Positions 22,976-35,849 of a stretch of 64,000 nucleotides of DNA are shown piece by piece. A model generated the notes under the pieces. The model did no database searches. It was not told where the DNA came from and was given only the letters and a program-made list of their open reading frames with translations. The stretch is from positions 33,983,741 through 34,047,740 of the forward strand of contig CM041465.1 in NCBI GenBank assembly GCA_023213395.1, read 5' to 3'. The first letter of the stretch is position 1. Each line of letters starts with the position of its first letter. Source of the stretch: Cycas panzhihuaensis (taxonomy: Eukaryota; Plantae; Cycadophyta). The translations under genes and the position numbers were made by a program.

Positions 22976-24509
22976 CCCTTATCTGCACACGCCACCACTG
23001 GATACCCAGCAGCAATAAGAAAACAGAGGCAATTGCTTTTGCCTCTTCTACCACACACAAAGCCACCTTATCTCCCAGGCTTCCCTCCATAACCATCTAC
23101 TTGTGCCCTAGTTATGGAAGGGACTAAACAGTGCCCATCTCTTGTCACACTAAATACACGCACCTTATACGAGGGCAAATGGATTTAGGACCCTTCAGCA
23201 CATGGGCAAGAGAGCACTACAATGTAGACCCACTCATATTTGCTAATAATACAATACATTGTGATCGTGATTCCCTTCTCGAAAATTTTCAACAACCACT
23301 ATTGAATGTTCTATATGAATTATTGGTGGGCTAAGGGCTTGGTGTCGTCTTATGGGTTGTATCTCATCCATAGCTAAGTAGTTAGATTTTATAATGTTTA
23401 TGAACAATTAAGTTGTTAAAATGTCAAAACTAGAAACATAAATAAAAGCCCATAAAAATGAGTGATTAGATAGCATCTACATGTTACCACAATCTCTTAA
23501 ATATTAGCTATTGGAGTTACCCACCTCTTTGGTGGCTACTTTAACTTTTCCAATTATGGTTGCTTCTATTTTTTAAGAGAAGATTATATTGTATCATGTT
23601 GGTCCTCTCTTATCTTCTTAATGGGGCCTCATTTCACTTGAAAATAGGAGTTTAGCCCTCTACCATGGGGTTACCCTCTTAAGACAATATAGCAAAGCAA
23701 GAGACCACCTATAATAAATGTGGAGACTCAAATTTGTTTATACTTGTTATAGGCCCTATCCTCTCACCATTTATGCTCGCTTAGTGCATTGCTAATGATA
23801 AGTGAGATAGTAATGTTAAAGGGTCAATTGCTCATGTGCCCTAACATAATAAATTTACCCTTTCTTCTACATCTAGATGTTAAGATCCAAGTGCTTAGCA
23901 ATTGGTAATCATGTAGTTTTTCAATAGATTTACACCATGAGTTAAAAAAAGGTTATCTTATAATTTATTGCAAGGGGCATATATCTACATGTGATATTTT
24001 CAAGGTGATACAATATTAAGTGTTAGGGTACAAAAGCCATATGTGGTGAATCCTAAATTTAGGGCTCTTAAAGTCTAAGTGGATAGCCTCATCATTTATG
24101 TGAAATTGGCAGCTTATAAATAGACACATGTTAGTATTATAGACAAACTTGAATTTAGTGAGTTTAACATTATTTTATTCCCATAAAATGTGCCCAATCA
24201 AAGCAAGGCAAATAATTACATTTTGAACCCCATCATTAGTGGTCCACTTTAGCCCTATATTAGTGGACCATGTACTGCTAGATTATGCAGCACTCAAAGA
24301 CTTCATCGCATGCATTATTACTCAATTAACTCCCTAATGAAGCTTCATTATAAGCTTGTGCCCATTAACATTAGACTAATCCTAAAAGAAAGTTGTAATT
24401 TAATTCTTGATCTATCACTAATCTCTAATCTAATAAGGCCTTAGAAGTAGGTTATAATCTAAATTTTGACCTATCACTTATACGTCAACCATGCCAGTTT
24501 ACCGTCAAA

Positions 24510-25022
24510 TGTTATATGTAAGAGACTTAATATTATAATAATTTCAATATGTTTTATATGATCCACGAGTCATGCATATTAGGATTTATATTGTATAGCA
24601 TAAATGTATAGATATTTGTTCAAGGAGTGTAGCAGAAGCTAGTAAAAATTATAGGAAATGTTAAGGTTAATGTGTGGCTTATAAAAGAAACTAGCAAAGG
24701 TTATAAGAGAAATTAAGGTTAATGTATAGCTTACCGGAGAAACTACTTAATGGAAAAACTATTATAAATACCCCATCTACATATTCAATTACATATATAA
24801 AATCTTTATTTAGTTTAGCATTTTGGGCAAGCCCTACTTATTAGATAAGCATTAAAGGATTTGTTCACTATTAGAGCTATCTTGTGTTGTGTTTATTTAT
24901 TATTTATTACGAATAGTTTAATTACCATTAAATTTGGTCATTATACATAATTAGAATTATTTTTGGCTATAATTCAAATTTTAACAAAGCCCATCTAGGG
25001 CTACTATAAATGGTATTAAAGC
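24510..25022 (+). repeat. LTR with Met-type PBS
   Basis: Followed by TGGTATTAAAGC (25011-25022). Diverged second copy at ~32918-33322. Confidence 0.65.
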
Positions 25023-25206
25023 ATGATCTTGACCAATTAAGATTTTAGGCATAACATAGTTATTCTAAATATATAAACAACTAAATTTTGTAACAAGGAC
25101 AACACAATCAAGTTGACCACATCTATACCATAAATTTAAAGCCATTACACTACAATATTTTAGTAAAAATTAAAATTTTTTACAATCTCAATATTTTATT
25201 TTGATT

Positions 25207-28200
25207 TGGTTGATTCTCCAGGCCCAGACCCGAGCTAGAAACTATCAGAAGCTGGACTAGGACCAAATGGAAGACGGTGGGAAACGTGGAGGTTATTGCT
25301 ATGCCAAAGGGCTGCATCCTATTTAAATTTATTTCCCATGAAGATATGACTAATATTCTTCTAAAGGCCCCCTGGATGTTGGGGAGGAAAGAATTAATCC
25401 TTGAGAAATGGCACAGGGACTTTGATCCTTGAGTTCCTAGGGTTAAGCAAGCACCCATTTGGGTCTAGTTGTAGGGTCTCCCATTGCAATACTGGAACTT
25501 AAAGGTACTGAAAGGGATTGTGAAGGCTGTGGGACCTCTATTAGTTGTGGATTCTGTGACCAAGAACAGAAGCAGACTTATTAATGCCAGGTCAAGGATT
25601 GACAAACCCATATTAGAAGAACTTTGGATTGATATGGAGGATCGGAGTTGGGCCCAACCCCTGATTTACGAAATGGAGAACTTCAGATGCTCGGCCTATA
25701 GGAGACTAGGTCATCTTCCCTAGAAATACCCAGGGGAAAAGAATATGGGGGGGATAATCAGGAAGAAAATTTGGACAGTCGGCAGGAGGCGACAGACCCT
25801 CACGAGTTGGTGCAAAGAGAATGCACCATAGAGGCGCAAGTTGTCCCTCCCTCTGAGGTCCAAGTCAGCAATCCTCCTAAAGAGCAAGGATGTCCTCTGG
25901 GGTCACAAGGTGAGACCTCTCACCAAGGGGTTATGGAGCTCGGGTTCAACCCTAACGAGGAAGACACTCTTTCTAAAACAAGTGAGTAGGAGGCTCAGGT
26001 GCTAGGCCCACAAGAGTTAGTAGGGGAAGAAATTACCCTGGTTAGTTTGGGGGCACTGAGTCACCCTCCTTTATCCCACTTAGAAGAGGTCCAAAAGAAG
26101 ATTTTAGACATTGGTTCTGAAAAACGGGTGGGCAGGCCTCCCATGAAATTGGTTAAAGAAAGGGAAATGGCTGTCCAAGTGGATCAGGGCAACCAGAAAA
26201 CTCTTAACGACAGCTTCCTCGAAGGGCCCCTACTTAGATCTCGCATTGAAGGATGGGACCCGCCCAAAGGGGAGGCCTTAGAGGTTTGGAAGCAAAGGAG
26301 AAAGAGATGAAAATCATCTCATAGAATGTTAGGGGTCTGAATGCCCCCTTAAAACAAAGGATTATAAGAGATATGAGAATAAGAGAGCACCCAGACCTCA
26401 TGTTTTACAAGAAACAAAGTTAAATATGGATAATAGCCTGAAAGCTAGAAACAAAATATGGAGGAAAGTTGAAGGTATAGAAATAGAAAACACTCAAGGG
26501 ACTGGTGGTCTAATGGTACTGTGGAACCCAGACGAATGGATTGGAGAAACTTTTAAGGAGGAGGACTCATTTATATCCCTATGGCTAACTAGCAAAAGGG
26601 ATAACACGAGATGGGTGCCTACAAATGTGTATGCTCCCAACCTTCAAGAGGACAGGAAGAGGTTATGGATTAAATCTTGGTAGCCCACAGAGATTACAGT
26701 TCCCCTTGGCTATTGACAGGGGAGTTTAACACAACATTGTGCCTAGGAGGTAAGAAAGGGGGTCAAGAGGGTTGGACAAACAATATGCATGAGTTTTAAG
26801 GTTTTTTGCAGAATGGGGGTTTAGAGGATATGAAGTTGAGGGGTGCATCATTTACCTAGTCCAATAATAGGCTCGGCAAGCATTTCATCCAGATTAAATT
26901 GGACAGGGTGCTGGTCAACTATGATTAGGTGAGATGTTTCAATGATTTTACTCTGGAGGCTCTTCTGAAAATAAGATTAGATCATTCTCCCCTTCAACTT
27001 CAGTTTTCGGATTCAGAAAAGCATATGGGTTCTCCCTTCATATTTGAATTGATATGGCTCAGACACCCTGACTTTCAGAAAAAAGTGGAGGAATGGTGGA
27101 ATGTCCAAATTTAAAGTCACACCATGTTTAGATTTTCGAAGAAGTTAGATTGGGTGAAAAGACAGGTGAAAACTTGGAATAAGGAAGTCTTCCAAAACAT
27201 ACACAAGCTCAAAGATCAAATCAGTGCGGAACTGAAGGATATCGAATGTAGAATACAACAAGAGGGTAGATCCCAAGAGTTGGATAAGACTGAAAGGGAT
27301 TTGGTTAACAACCTAGAGGAGATTCTCAATAAAGAAGAAATTCATTGGAGGTAGAAGTCTAGGGCCACTTAGCTCACTGAAGGGGATAGAAATACCAAAT
27401 TTTTCCACATGACTACAGTAAGGCATAAAGCGAGCAATAGAATAACATGTCTCTAAAAGGAAGATGGATCAGCTGCATATTCCACAGAAGAGATGAAGGA
27501 CCTAGCCAATGATTATTTCAAAGATCTATATGTCGAACTACAAGAAAGGAATGTGGATGCTAGGAAGGATTCATTGAGGAACATCCCCAATTTAGTTAAT
27601 AAATCTCAGAACTCCTGGATGATAGCCCTATTCACTCAAGAGGAGGTCAAATCAACGATTTTTTGCATGAAGAGGGATAAAGCTCTGGGTCTGGATGGCT
27701 TTCCTCTAGGGTTTTTCTAGGAATTTTGGGATATAATTATGGATGATTTTATGGAGGCGTTGCGGGAGTTTCATTCAAACCATAAGATTCTTCAAGAATG
27801 GCAAGCCATATTTCTTGTTCTTATACCAAAGAAGGAGGGGGCTAATAGGATGGAGGAGTTCCGCCCTATCAGCCTCTGCAACATCAAATACAAGATTTTA
27901 ACTAAGGTTATGGTCAATAGATTAACAAAGGTCATGCCCAGCATAATTTCTCAGAATTAGGATGGTTTCATTCAAGGCAGACAGATTACAGATGGTATTA
28001 TTATGGTTCATGAAACTATCCACTCAATTAAGAACAGAAAGGAGCTTGCGATGATTATCAAGATAGATCTCTCGAAGGCTTTTGATAGAGTCTCATGGGA
28101 TTGCCTTTTGGAGTGCTTGGAGGCGTTTGGATTTGGTGAGAAATATAGGGCTTGGATTAAGCTTTGCATATCCAGCCCCCAATACTTAGTTATAATTAAC

Positions 28201-30658
28201 GGTACATCATCCAAATTTTTTTCGGGCCACAGAGGATTGAGACAAGGCGATCCCCTATCTCCTTTCCTTTATATATCCATGGCCAAAATGCTGGGCAGAG
28301 CTATGGAGGCTGCAAAGAGACAAGGGCTTATTAGAGGCTTGAGGCCAACATCTAGGGTAGGCAACATTGTCCACCACCAATTTGTGGGTGATAACATATT
28401 CTTGGGGCAGGCTGCTATTAAAGAGGCCTCCAAGATTAAAGAAGGATTGAGGAATTTCAAATTGGCCACGAACCAGAAGGTTAATTTGAACAAAAGTAGC
28501 ATTTATTTCATAAACACCCTGGGGACTACCCAAAGTAGGATCAGCGGTATCCTCAGGATGGGAATCAAGAAGCTTCCTACAACTTTCATTAGCATGCCTC
28601 TATTTGTAAGCAAGATGACTAAGGACATGTGGAACCCTCTTATAGATCAAATACAAAGGAAGATGGCTGGCTGGAAAGGAGCTCTTCTTAGCCTAGTAGG
28701 GAAGCTTCAACTGGTGACTACTTATCTTCAAAGCATTCTAGTATTCTGGATGTCCATCTTTAGAATGCCAGTGGGCATCTCGAACATATTAGAGTCCATC
28801 CAGAAGAGATTCCTCTGGTCTGAGGTTGAGGAGAAGGACAAAACCCACCTAGTGAGTTGAAGTAAAGTATGTACACTGAAATGGGATAGGGGCCTTAATT
28901 TGAGAAGAATATCAACTTTCAATTATGCCCTAGTGGCAAAATTGGGGTGGCACTTAATTAAAGGTGGTGAGAGATTGTGGGAGAAGATTCTTATTTAGAA
29001 GTATCTTCAAGGTGGCTCACTCTTGGAGAACCTGGTTAGCCCCTCTAGCTCAACAATTTGGAGGAGCATATTTAAAGCATGGAACATGGTGAGAGCTGAA
29101 TTGAAGTGGAAACTAGGTAATGACAATACTATAAGATTTTGGGAGGACGCTTGGTGTAGAGACAAAAGCCTGAAGCACTGTCTTGATTTAGCCCACCTCC
29201 AGGCCCCATGTGAAAGAACATTTGGACCCTACGTAAAGGACTATTGGACTGGTATGGGGAGAGTAAAGAATTGGAGGAACTTGGATGAACTTCAGAGGGA
29301 TTCCTTACTCCAGGATGGCCTTACTACACTTAAGAGGATTCTTAACAAATGCTATATTCCTAGGACGACTACAATGGACACTGTCGTATGGCCTTCAAAC
29401 ATGTCTGGGGAGTATTCTGCAAAGCAGGGATATCTCTTTCTCTGCATAGAGAGGGGTGACCATAGGAATGCGATTCTAGAAGGGGTGTGGAAACTGGATC
29501 TCATCCCTAAGATCGTAGTTTTTTGGTAGGTCTACATCAGAAAGAAAATTCTAACTATGGACAATCTCAAGAAGAGAGGCTTTCACATCACTAATAGGTG
29601 TACCTTATGTTGTAGAGCGAAGGAATCCGTAGATCATATTTTCCTCTGGTGTCCTTTCTCAAGAGAGGTTTGGGGGCTACTACTAGGCAACTTGGGGGTG
29701 AAGTGGACTTTCTCTTAGAGCGTTATGGACCAATGGTCTTATTGGCATAGTCCCTTCAGGAGCAGAGTTCTAAGCAGTCTGTGGAAAAATACTTTCCTGG
29801 TGCTAGCATGGAACATTTAGAAGGAAAGGAATAGAAGGATCTTCTAGGAGAGACAAATGGATCCAATTACTATCTTCAACAAAATCTGTATAGAGATAAG
29901 GGAAAATGGTAACAATAATAGAGACAAATAAATTATTCTGATGGAAGGTGAGATTCTACAAAATTAGGGGTTAAAGCCAGCTATTAAAGCAGCTAAGGTG
30001 AGATTTAGTTCTTGGACTTCTCCTCAGGAGCTCTGGCTAAAAATTAACTTTGATGGTGCTTGAAAAGGTAACCCTAGGGAAGCTAGGGGCCTTAGCATTT
30101 GCAGAGATACTCAGGGGAATCCTATATGGGCCTTTGTTGATTACTATGAACATTAGACAAACCATTTTGCAGAAATATCTGCAATGCTCAAGGTCATCGA
30201 TCTTACCCTGGATGGGGCCCCCAGGAGGTTGGTTTTGGAAGGGGACTCTATGATGGTCATAAACTCGTTATTAAGCACAGTCTCTCCAGATTGGAGATAT
30301 CAATCCATGATCAAAGATGTTAAGGAATTTTTAAAGGACATAGAAGATGTTCAGTTTCAACACACATTTAGGGAGGTAAATAAAGTAGTTGATTTTCTGG
30401 CTAATTGGGGGGTTAGGCACAAAAAATTTACTATCTAGAGGGAGAATTTTCCTGAGGAACTTATGATTCTAGTTGAGAAGGATAGGATCCGAGATAGCTA
30501 GCCATGGGGCTTGTCTTGGCTTTGTATTTCTTTGCCTAGACCGTGGGGTTATCATGGTTATTATGATCTGGATGTCACTAGACCTTTGATGTACTAGGTT
30601 ATGGGATCCTGTTTTACAAACCCACATTTAATTCATTTTTTTTACCTTATAAAAAAAA
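25207..30658 (+). mobile_element. L1-clade LINE with C-terminal RNase H, 5'-truncated within ORF1
   Basis: ORF1 fragments (PWMLG, APIWV.L.GLP). ORF2 starts at 26307 (MKIIS*NVRG): endonuclease (NVYAP, DHSP), RT (FRPISLCN, IDLSKAFD, GLRQGDPLSP), zf-RVT, RNase H (KINFDGA, LEGDS, HTFREVNKVVDFLA). polyA at 30651. Imperfect TSD atat..tattttgatt at 25191-25206 and 30658-30672. Confidence 0.93.
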
Positions 30659-30899
30659 TATATATTTTGATTATAAAAAGTTACTATAAAAGCTAGAGAA
30701 CTCCAAATCACTTCATATTAATCTCATTTGAAGCATCTTCAAGTTTTCTTTCGAACAACCAAAAAATGACACTCAATTTGGATGGTTAAAAATTAAATTA
30801 TATTAATATTAATGAAAGCTATCAATTCAAGATTTAATTTTTTTTATAGTTCCTTGAGAATACCCTCAATTAACTCTCTTAATATGAATGGGTATGGAT

Positions 30900-32400
30900 A
30901 TAATAGGGGGCAATCTTCAAGTCTCCAGGCATCTTATTTTGGATTTTAATCCTTAATGTCTAATATATGGGACTATGCCATTAACATAGTTTAGAAAAAA
31001 ATAGCTAGATAAAACTCCCAATACCTTTCTCTAACTTGAATGCTTTAAGTTTGTAATAAGGTCCTTGCTACCATCGATGTTTATTGCTCATCGTATTGAC
31101 TAGCATCTAATGTTTCTTATAATAATTTGGTTTGCTTGCTTAGGTCCTTCTCATGGTTAAATGGAGAAGGTAAAAGGGGCTTAGCATGGTGAAGTGGTAG
31201 ATCTATTGGCATGACAAGCTTAATAGGGCTTAGGCATCATTCATATCAAATAGTAAGTTAGAACCCTTTATGTCAAGTGGCTTATTAGAGCTAGAGAGGG
31301 AGAGGAAGCATGGACAAACTTGATTAGGTATAATTTGGCTTCTTCCCATCCCCTTAGGTAAAAGGGGATTTATTTAATCCCCTAAATAGTGCTTATTCCC
31401 CTTGGCCCCCATTAAGGTGGATAGTTCGCACATCTTCAAAACTATTCAAGGTATATAGGAAGCCTATAAGAAATTATTTACATGGTAAGGAGAGAAACTA
31501 AAAATGAGTTATTAGTCTAAGAACACTCAATCTGGTGGTTGCTTAACATTTTGAAGGGTACTTGTTGCCTTCAATAAATCCCCTAATTTTAGGCCAATTT
31601 TTTTAATAAGAAGAGATTGGCCATAATTGGATAGCTTTTTAGCCCAACTAAAAGGCATTGGAAAGCCTAACCAATAATCAAACAAAAGTTTAAACTCAAG
31701 AATTATGATAGGCTTATCTTGAGAAAAATTTAGATCTGCTTCTTAATTTTATAAATACCCAATTTAGCAATCACCACTCAATCCAAGTGGTGTAATGATT
31801 AGGCTTGGAACTACTTCAAGTCATTCTTTAAATTTTTAACCTTCTACATGTATAAGTTACTATCCCTAAGGGATCTAATTGGTGGCAAGTTGAATAAGAT
31901 TTGGAAATGCTCTAATAGTGAGCATGTATAGATGAAGAAGCTTGAAATGCTATAGAGGGCCTTGCTTGAGAAAAAAATGCTTATTTTACTTGGTTATCAA
32001 TCCACAATGCCCAAGTTATCAAGGTTAGGCTAGATAAGACAGGGCAAGTGGACATGTCTTATCCCTTATATGGTTAACCAAAAACTCTTATACACCTCTT
32101 CTAGTGGTGACCCCTAACTAAATCTACTTAGGGATGGGCAAAGCAATTTGCTAATGCTGTTATTAAATAGCTCTTTGGCTATAGTGTAACTTTATTAGGT
32201 GATAATATAGTCTTTTCTCAAACATTTATGACTACTCAAGACATCCCTTAAGGTAGATGTGTTATATTATATATGGAAGCACAAGAATGGTTTTTTGGTT
32301 CTCTAATAAAACTTCCAAAGTATATTTTAGAGATATCATCTATATCTCTATGGTTTCAATTGCTTATTATATATTAGTAGCCAAGAAAATAAGGTGTAGT
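30900..32400 (+). mobile_element. Old LINE ORF2 3' fragment
   Basis: RSFSW....KRGLAW....GLGIIHI....VKWLIRA..GEEAW pattern, which lies downstream of RT in L1 ORF2. Confidence 0.55.
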
Positions 32401-32917
32401 TAGAGTTATCTCACTTAATATAGATGATTGATCACTAGGGCTAAGGAAGGTAGATCACAACACACTCATGACAAGGTAAGGCATAAAAACAAGTCCATAG
32501 AGTAAACTAGATCATAAGATAGGAAACCATAATAAAGTAATCCTACTACCTCTTCATCCATATGTAAACGTAATCCACATGTCTCAGAATAGTTAGTGCT
32601 CTTAGTAGGGAGAAGAGTAGGAATGAGGGTAGTATATTTATAAGCCCATTAATGTTGATCCTAGCTAATGCAAAGGATGGTGCTTAAGGGAAGACCACCT
32701 AAATAAGGGTGATGATAAATGGGGCAACTCGATAACTACATAATAATTAGTTATGTTTAGCCTTAGGGTTTTAGTAGTTATTTGGCCTTGTGCACTTAAT
32801 AATAGAGCATTTTGTTTTATGATGTAATCTCCAAACTTTTATTATTGATGCTTTTCTTTTGGCTTTATTTAACTCATCTACAAGATAAAGAGGATTAACT
32901 TTTAATTTCCCCTATTT

Positions 32918-33322
32918 TGTTAGAAATATATATAATATTTCCTATTAATAAAATTATATAGTTTAATTAAGGAAAAAAAAATATATAAGAGAAGTTAAGA
33001 TTAATGTATAGCTTATAAGTGAAGCTAGTAAAGCATATAGGAGAAGTGCAGATTAATGTATAACTTTAATAAAAAGTTACTTAATAGGGAAATTATTATA
33101 AATATCCCATACATATATTCACTTTGGTACCTTGAATATTTATTTTCCTTCAACATTTTAGTAAGTCCTACTTATAAGAGAAATGTCAAAGACTTTGTTC
33201 ATTATTATAACTATCATATATTATGAGTGTTTATTAAATGTTATTAATAGTTTAATTACTATTATATTTGGACATTATCAATCACTGGAATTAGTAACAA
33301 ACCCCATCTAAGGTTGTTATAT
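32918..33322 (+). repeat. LTR copy related to 24510-25008
   Basis: Shared blocks, e.g. gttaag.ttaatgt.t.gcttataa, attataaata.cccat, aatagtttaattac.att, cccatcta.gg. Confidence 0.65.
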
Positions 33323-34199
33323 TATAAGTAAGGATTTAATTATTCCCATTAGTTATTGTTTTCTATTGCTAAAGGCCTTGAAGTTATGACCTCTAAGGTT
33401 AAGATTTAAATGTTTAATTGTTTGGTTGTTGATAGAGGCATGAGTGTTACAATGGCACTTCATTATCTATACAACATTTAACTCATCCACCTAATATAAA
33501 AGTATGTACATATAATAATATAGATCTAATATTTTAGTGTTAAAGATGATAAGATTAGGGCCATTTATGTCAATGACTTATATAGCATTCAATAAGCTAA
33601 CCTCTTATTGAGGGCATGCCTAAAGAACATTTAGGATCCATATTTCATATAGAGAGTGTCTCATACCCTTGACTATGGAATAGTTAGCTAGTTCTTTATT
33701 ATGATAATTTAATGGTTGTTTCCTCAAAATTAGTTTAGGGATAGTTACTTGGGTGTTAGTTGGTTTAGGTATTTTCAAAAGAACTTAGAATTAATTGAGA
33801 TTAGAATTAGTTTTCTTAGGAATTTATGTTTGCTTAATTGCATCCACTCTTTTGCCATAGATTTTGTGGTGGCCCTTACATATACTTAGGAAAAATAGAT
33901 AAATATGTGGTTGTTATTATTAGATAAGTTGGGTCCTATACTATGGTACATCTCCCATTCTTGAATAATATTGGTTGAATATAGATTCTACAGAGGTGAA
34001 CTAGGAAAAAGATAAATGGAATACTTGGTGTCTCTATCATTTAGGTGCATAAGGATTCTTGTGAACTAGTACTAATCATAGTTAAATCTGAATCCCTTGG
34101 ATGGATATATTTAAGGACCTTTTATAAGTCTTACATTCTATTATGTCATAAACTATAGTTTCCTAGTATATATACCATGACTCAGTGTCATTATCTAAA

Positions 34200-34575
34200 G
34201 GTTATATTGGATCATTTTCCCGATTGATACGAACCTATTTTTATTTGATCCAAACACTCTGTTTAATAGGTTGACGAAATACTGAATATTAGTATTCACT
34301 AGCACATATATGAATGCGGAGCATCGGATGGAAATGGGGTGTGGCCAAGCGGTAAGGCAGCGGGTTTTGGTCCTACGAATATGATATTATCTTATTCGAT
34401 GTATTAGGTGATGTAGTTTGTGGCAAATCCCTTTGTTTGATCCCGTAATCGCTCCTCCTTTTCCATTTTAATTACAAAATATGTTCCATTAAATTAGAAG
34501 AATTACATTCATGCATAGAAAAGAATTGGGGAGAGAATGACATCCCCACCATCCCCTCGATGAAATATTAGATTC
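34200..34575 (+). other. Organelle-derived insertion (probable NUPT)
   Basis: CpG-retaining segment within CpG-depleted TE; TTGACG -35-like box at 34271; plastid-type trnQ 5' half. Confidence 0.65.
34335..34373 (+). tRNA. trnQ-UUG: Truncated plastid-type tRNA-Gln(UUG), 5' half only (pseudogene)
   Basis: TGGGGTGTGGCCAAGCGGTAAGGCAGCGGGTTTTGGTCC matches plastid trnQ through the anticodon loop (TTG at 34367-34369). T-arm and 3' acceptor strand absent. Confidence 0.85.
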
Positions 34576-35849
34576 AGTTAACTTGACTAGGAAACCAAAA
34601 GATTGTGGAATTAGTCACAAGCATGAGGCATTCCCTAAAAGTTGCTAACCTACTATAGGACAAGCAAAAAATTAGAGACCCTAACCTAACTACAAGCTTG
34701 AGGTTTAAATCTCATTGGCTACAAGGATTAGGTAAAGATAAAACCATCTATTAGGTATTGTTAAACCCAAAAAGATAGAGTATAAAACTAGTGTCTTAAG
34801 TGCCATATCCATATGCCATAGAAACTAATCATATACGATAGGTATAGAATTAGATGCAAGGTCTAGCTTAATAACCAAGTCACTAAAAAACCTTAAAAAA
34901 TAAATAAGGGGACAATCCCTATCCTCTAAGTACTTGGAAACATCCCATTGGGCTAGTAATGAGAGCTAAGACATCAAAGGGAGAATCTCTTAACTACAAC
35001 CAATAGACCATATTCATATGCTACCTTACATTGTAACCTCCTTTATAGACCAATATTGTTATGTATAAATGTTAGAAGGGACAAACCTTAGCCTTAACAA
35101 AAAAAACTGGCCATATGTTGTTTAATCCATTGGGTTAATAAGGCATTCCCCAACCAACCAACCTTTGTCTAAGAAATCCCATAATATACAAGCCCTGGTC
35201 CTACTAAATGTTGTAAGCCATAAATCCTATAGCTCTATTTGTTAATCATATGCTCCTAGGCTTCATCGATAGCCATCCATAAGTTGTAAGCAAATACACA
35301 TGCAATTTTGGATCTATCTTTACCATAAGCCAATAGGATTTTATCCATATTTACACCCCCACAAAAGGTAATAGATCTTGGCAAGCTATACCACATAAAT
35401 CCACTAACAACATTTATTGTCCCTCCATATCCATAGCTCATAAAAGCCTCTCACTCACAAGATAAAAGCACGTCATAAGAATCTTTTCTCCACTCCACTT
35501 TAAATGTCCAAACCCTATGCTTGAGATGGAGAGGAGGCTAGGCTATCCTCCACTCCCTCCACCTCCTCTCTTTAGTTGTAGGTGTCTCCTTAATGTCCCT
35601 AACACTCCATAGGCATTTAGGGGACTATGGAAAGAGCTTTTTAAGGCATAAAGATGGAAGGATTATAGGGAGAGGAGTTCCAAAGCTCCTCCTCATTACT
35701 TTATCCCCTATTTTATGCCACTTAGTTAAGAAATCCGTACTTTCTTATCCAACTTTATTATTTTTATTTCTTTCATGAGTATTATTGTTATTTCTGTTAC
35801 CATCATTTTGTTTACCATTTTATCTCTTATTCTTATGTTAATTATTGGG

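Larger units (their letters stand above)
33330..35450 (-). mobile_element. Old LINE RT fragment interrupted by plastid DNA
   Basis: VLALITSPMGCFQVLRG*GLSPYLF (RGLRQGDPLSPYLF-like) at ~34900-34975. Confidence 0.5.

Noticed and set aside
26307-26310. ATGA stop/start overlap of LINE ORF1 and ORF2 as a novelty
   Set aside because: Overlapping or abutting ORFs are common in LINEs, and the true ORF1 frame is uncertain in this decayed copy.
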